Shown piece after piece: positions 61,428 to 64,000 of a DNA stretch of 64,000 nucleotides. The first letter of the stretch is position 1, and each line of letters opens with the position of its first letter. Under the pieces are notes generated by a model that saw nothing but the letters and a program-made list of their open reading frames with translations, did not search any database and was not told where the DNA came from. A program made the translations under genes and the position numbers. The DNA is from Macrostomum hystrix (Eukaryota; Animalia; Platyhelminthes): NCBI GenBank assembly GCA_950097015.1, contig CATNEN010000034.1:3844001-3908000 (forward strand), given 5' to 3'.

Positions 61428-62220
61428 CTGTTAGATTCTGTGAGATCTTGTTAGATTCTGTGAGATCTTGTTAGATTCTGTGAGATCTTGTTAGATTCTG
61501 TGAGATCTTGTTAGATTCTGTGAGATCTTGTTAGATTCTGTGAGATCTTGTTAGATTCTGTGAGATCTTGTTAGATTCTGTGAGATCTTGTTAGATTCTG
61601 TGAGATCTTGTTAGATTCTGTGAGATCTTGTTAGATTCTGTGAGATCTTGTTAGATTCTGTGAGATCTTGTTAGATTCTGTGAGATCTTGTTAGATTCTG
61701 TGAGATCTTGTTAGATTCTGTGAGATCTTGTTAGATTCTGTGAGATCTTGTTAGATTCTGTGAGATCTTGTTAGATTCTGTGAGATCTTGTTAGATTCTG
61801 TGAGATCTTGTTAGATTCTGTGAGATCTTGTTAGATTCTGTGAGATCTTGTTAGATTCTGTGAGATCTTGTTAGATTCTGTGAGACTTGTTAGATTCTGT
61901 GAGATCTTGTTAGATTCTGTGAGATCTTGTTAGATTCTGTGAGATCTTTTTAGATTCTGTGAGATCTTGTTAGATTCTGTGAGATCTTGTTAGATTCTGT
62001 GAGATCTTGTTAGATTCTGTGAGATCTTGTTAGATTCTGTGAGATCGTGTTAGATTCTGTGAGATCTTTTAAGATTATATGAGACTGTAGATAGAAGGAG
62101 ATCCTGTTAGACAGTTGGAGATCCTGTTAGACAGTAGGATATCCTGTTAGACAGTTGGAGATCCTGTTAGACAGTAGGAGATCCTGTTAGACAGTTGGAG
62201 ATCTTGTTAGACAGTTGGAG
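61428..62220. repeat. 20-bp tandem repeat (GTTAGATTCTGTGAGATCTT)n followed by a (GTTAGACAGTTGGAGATCCT)n variant
   Basis: About 32 very homogeneous units, then about 7 variant units. Confidence 0.97.
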
Positions 62221-62849
62221 ATCCTGTTAGACAGTTGGAGATCCTGTTAGACAGTTGGAGGTCTTCTTTGTTCTCAAAAACTCGGACGTAAAGAATAAAG
62301 TAGATTTGGTTATTAATCTAAGCCTAATTACAGAGAATAATGCAACAAACACGGTGTTAAGTGCGGCTGTTAACTGACGCACAAAAACATTAGTCATGCA
62401 GGACCAAGACTTCAGGGTACTAGATTATGTGCACTTCCTGTGTAGCTGTGCTGGGACGCGCACGGAGCAAAAAAACTGCGCAATTCAATGCCACAGTCCC
62501 AAATCCATGCAATTTTTAAACCATCCCTGCTAGACGAAAGGAAAACGAAAAGAAAAAACTGAAAAATGCTACCAGGCTAAAGACAAGTTCACGTACACCA
62601 AAAAAGTAAAGATTAATATTTTTTATAAATTATTCTATTATGCAGTGTGCAAGCTAAATGTAACTGAGACCATAACTAACAGGAGATGAAGCTCGATTGA
62701 AGCAGCTATAAAAAACAGCGGTTTTGTTTCTGCTTTCTGCACTGATCCAGTTTCAGCATTCAGTAGACATTGTGGGTCTGAAACATTATATGCGACTTCG
62801 AGGGCCTGAGAGAGAATCTGAAACATGACAGTGGATCAGGTTCAGAGTC

Positions 62850-63365
62850 AAGAGATGGGACAGGGGAGAGATTAGACATTGGAGAGATGAGACGTTAGAG
62901 AGATGAGACAGTGGAAAGATGAGACATTGGAGAGATTAGACATTGGAGAGATGAGACATTGGAGAGATGAGACAGTGGAGAGATGAGATATTGGAGAGAT
63001 GAGACATTGGAGAGATGAGACAGTGGAGAGATGAGATATTGGAGAGATGAGACAGTGGAGAGATGAGACATTGGAGAGATGAGACAGTGGAGAGATGAGA
63101 TATTGGAGAGATGAGACATTGGAGAGATGAGACAGTGGAGAGATGAGATATTGGAGAGATGAGACATTGGAGAGATGAGACAGTGGAGAGATGAGATATT
63201 GGAGAGATGAGACAGTGGAGAGATTAGACATTGGAGAGATGAGACAGTGGAAAGATGAGACATTGGAGAGATTAGACATTGGAGAGATGAGACATTAGAG
63301 AGATGAGACAGTGGAAAGATGAGACATTGGAGAGATGAGACATTGGAGAGATGAGACATTGGAGA
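62850..63365 (-). repeat. 16-bp tandem repeat (GAGAGATGAGACATTG)n, inverted relative of the MITE-borne array
   Basis: Its reverse complement CAATGTCTCATCTCTC is close to CCGTGTCTCATCTCTC. Confidence 0.95.
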
Positions 63366-64000
63366 GGTGGGATATGGTTTGGGTTAGACAGGGGAGAGTT
63401 GCCGGTTGTTTGGCAGTGTCAATGAGCTGGAGTAAGGACATTGTGGGGTAGTCTCTGGCCCGACCCAGAGAAAAATGCAGAGATTTTCTAATTTAAATTT
63501 TCTAGAAAAAAATGTGTGATATAAAGTGTTTTAACTTCTCATTTCAGTAGCGTTTTGTAAAAGTAAAAAATTATAGAATTTTGTACCATATGTGACAAGA
63601 ACCAGAAAACTAGTCTAGCTACAGGTGGGGTTTGCAGTGCGTGCATCACTGGGGAAAGGCAGAGTGCGTGAGAGGAAGAAAAACAAAAACCCGAAACAAC
63701 GATTTAAATTCATGCGACACTAAAATAATTGAAGTGAAAAACACGATGCTAAGTGCGCGGTTCATACCTCAGCACAGAGTAACCATTCATCTGCATTACA
63801 GGATTATCTTCCCAAGGCGATAGCCTGATGTTTGCAGAAAATGTGTAATACAGTTTTTACAACCACTTAAAAAATATAGTGGTTCAAAATTAATTATTCT
63901 TCTTTTCATACCGAATATGAAAAAAATATAATAAAACTTTATTAAATAAACTTTATATAAGTATAAATTAAAAAAATTGTGTACATTATTTGTTATGCAG

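Overview
AT-rich, intron-containing metazoan genomic DNA with GC-rich exons. The style (many unrelated intronic minisatellites, poly-Ala/Gly exons) suggests the flatworm Macrostomum, but that is inference. Five spliced host genes can be reconstructed by hand: a FAM78-like gene (+, 3' exons, 521-3503), CCDC96/CFAP184 (-, 4454-8257), GIGYF2-like (+, 15529-19906), a TM-less tandem-C2 synaptotagmin-like gene with a probable GC-AG intron (+, 35115-40793), and a divergent Vav-like CH-DH-PH-C1-SH2 gene (+, 43346-45709). Two young LTR retroelements are present, each with apparently identical LTRs, PBS, PPT and TSD, and neither has an intact pol. Element 1 (9623-13958, 598-bp LTRs) has decayed gag/pol but an intact, unrecognised 321-aa ORF with its own TATA box. 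Element 2 (47135-56030, minus strand) has very long 2348-bp LTRs, encodes only a truncated gag and carries duplicated hairpins. A MER58/Charlie-like hAT MITE (60071-60943) carries a 16-bp satellite. About 25 tandem-repeat arrays (roughly 14 kb by my estimate) fill introns and intergenic space and account for most long ORFs in the track. The best novelty candidates are the two non-autonomous LTR elements with accessory coding capacity and the probable pseudo-GEF Vav.
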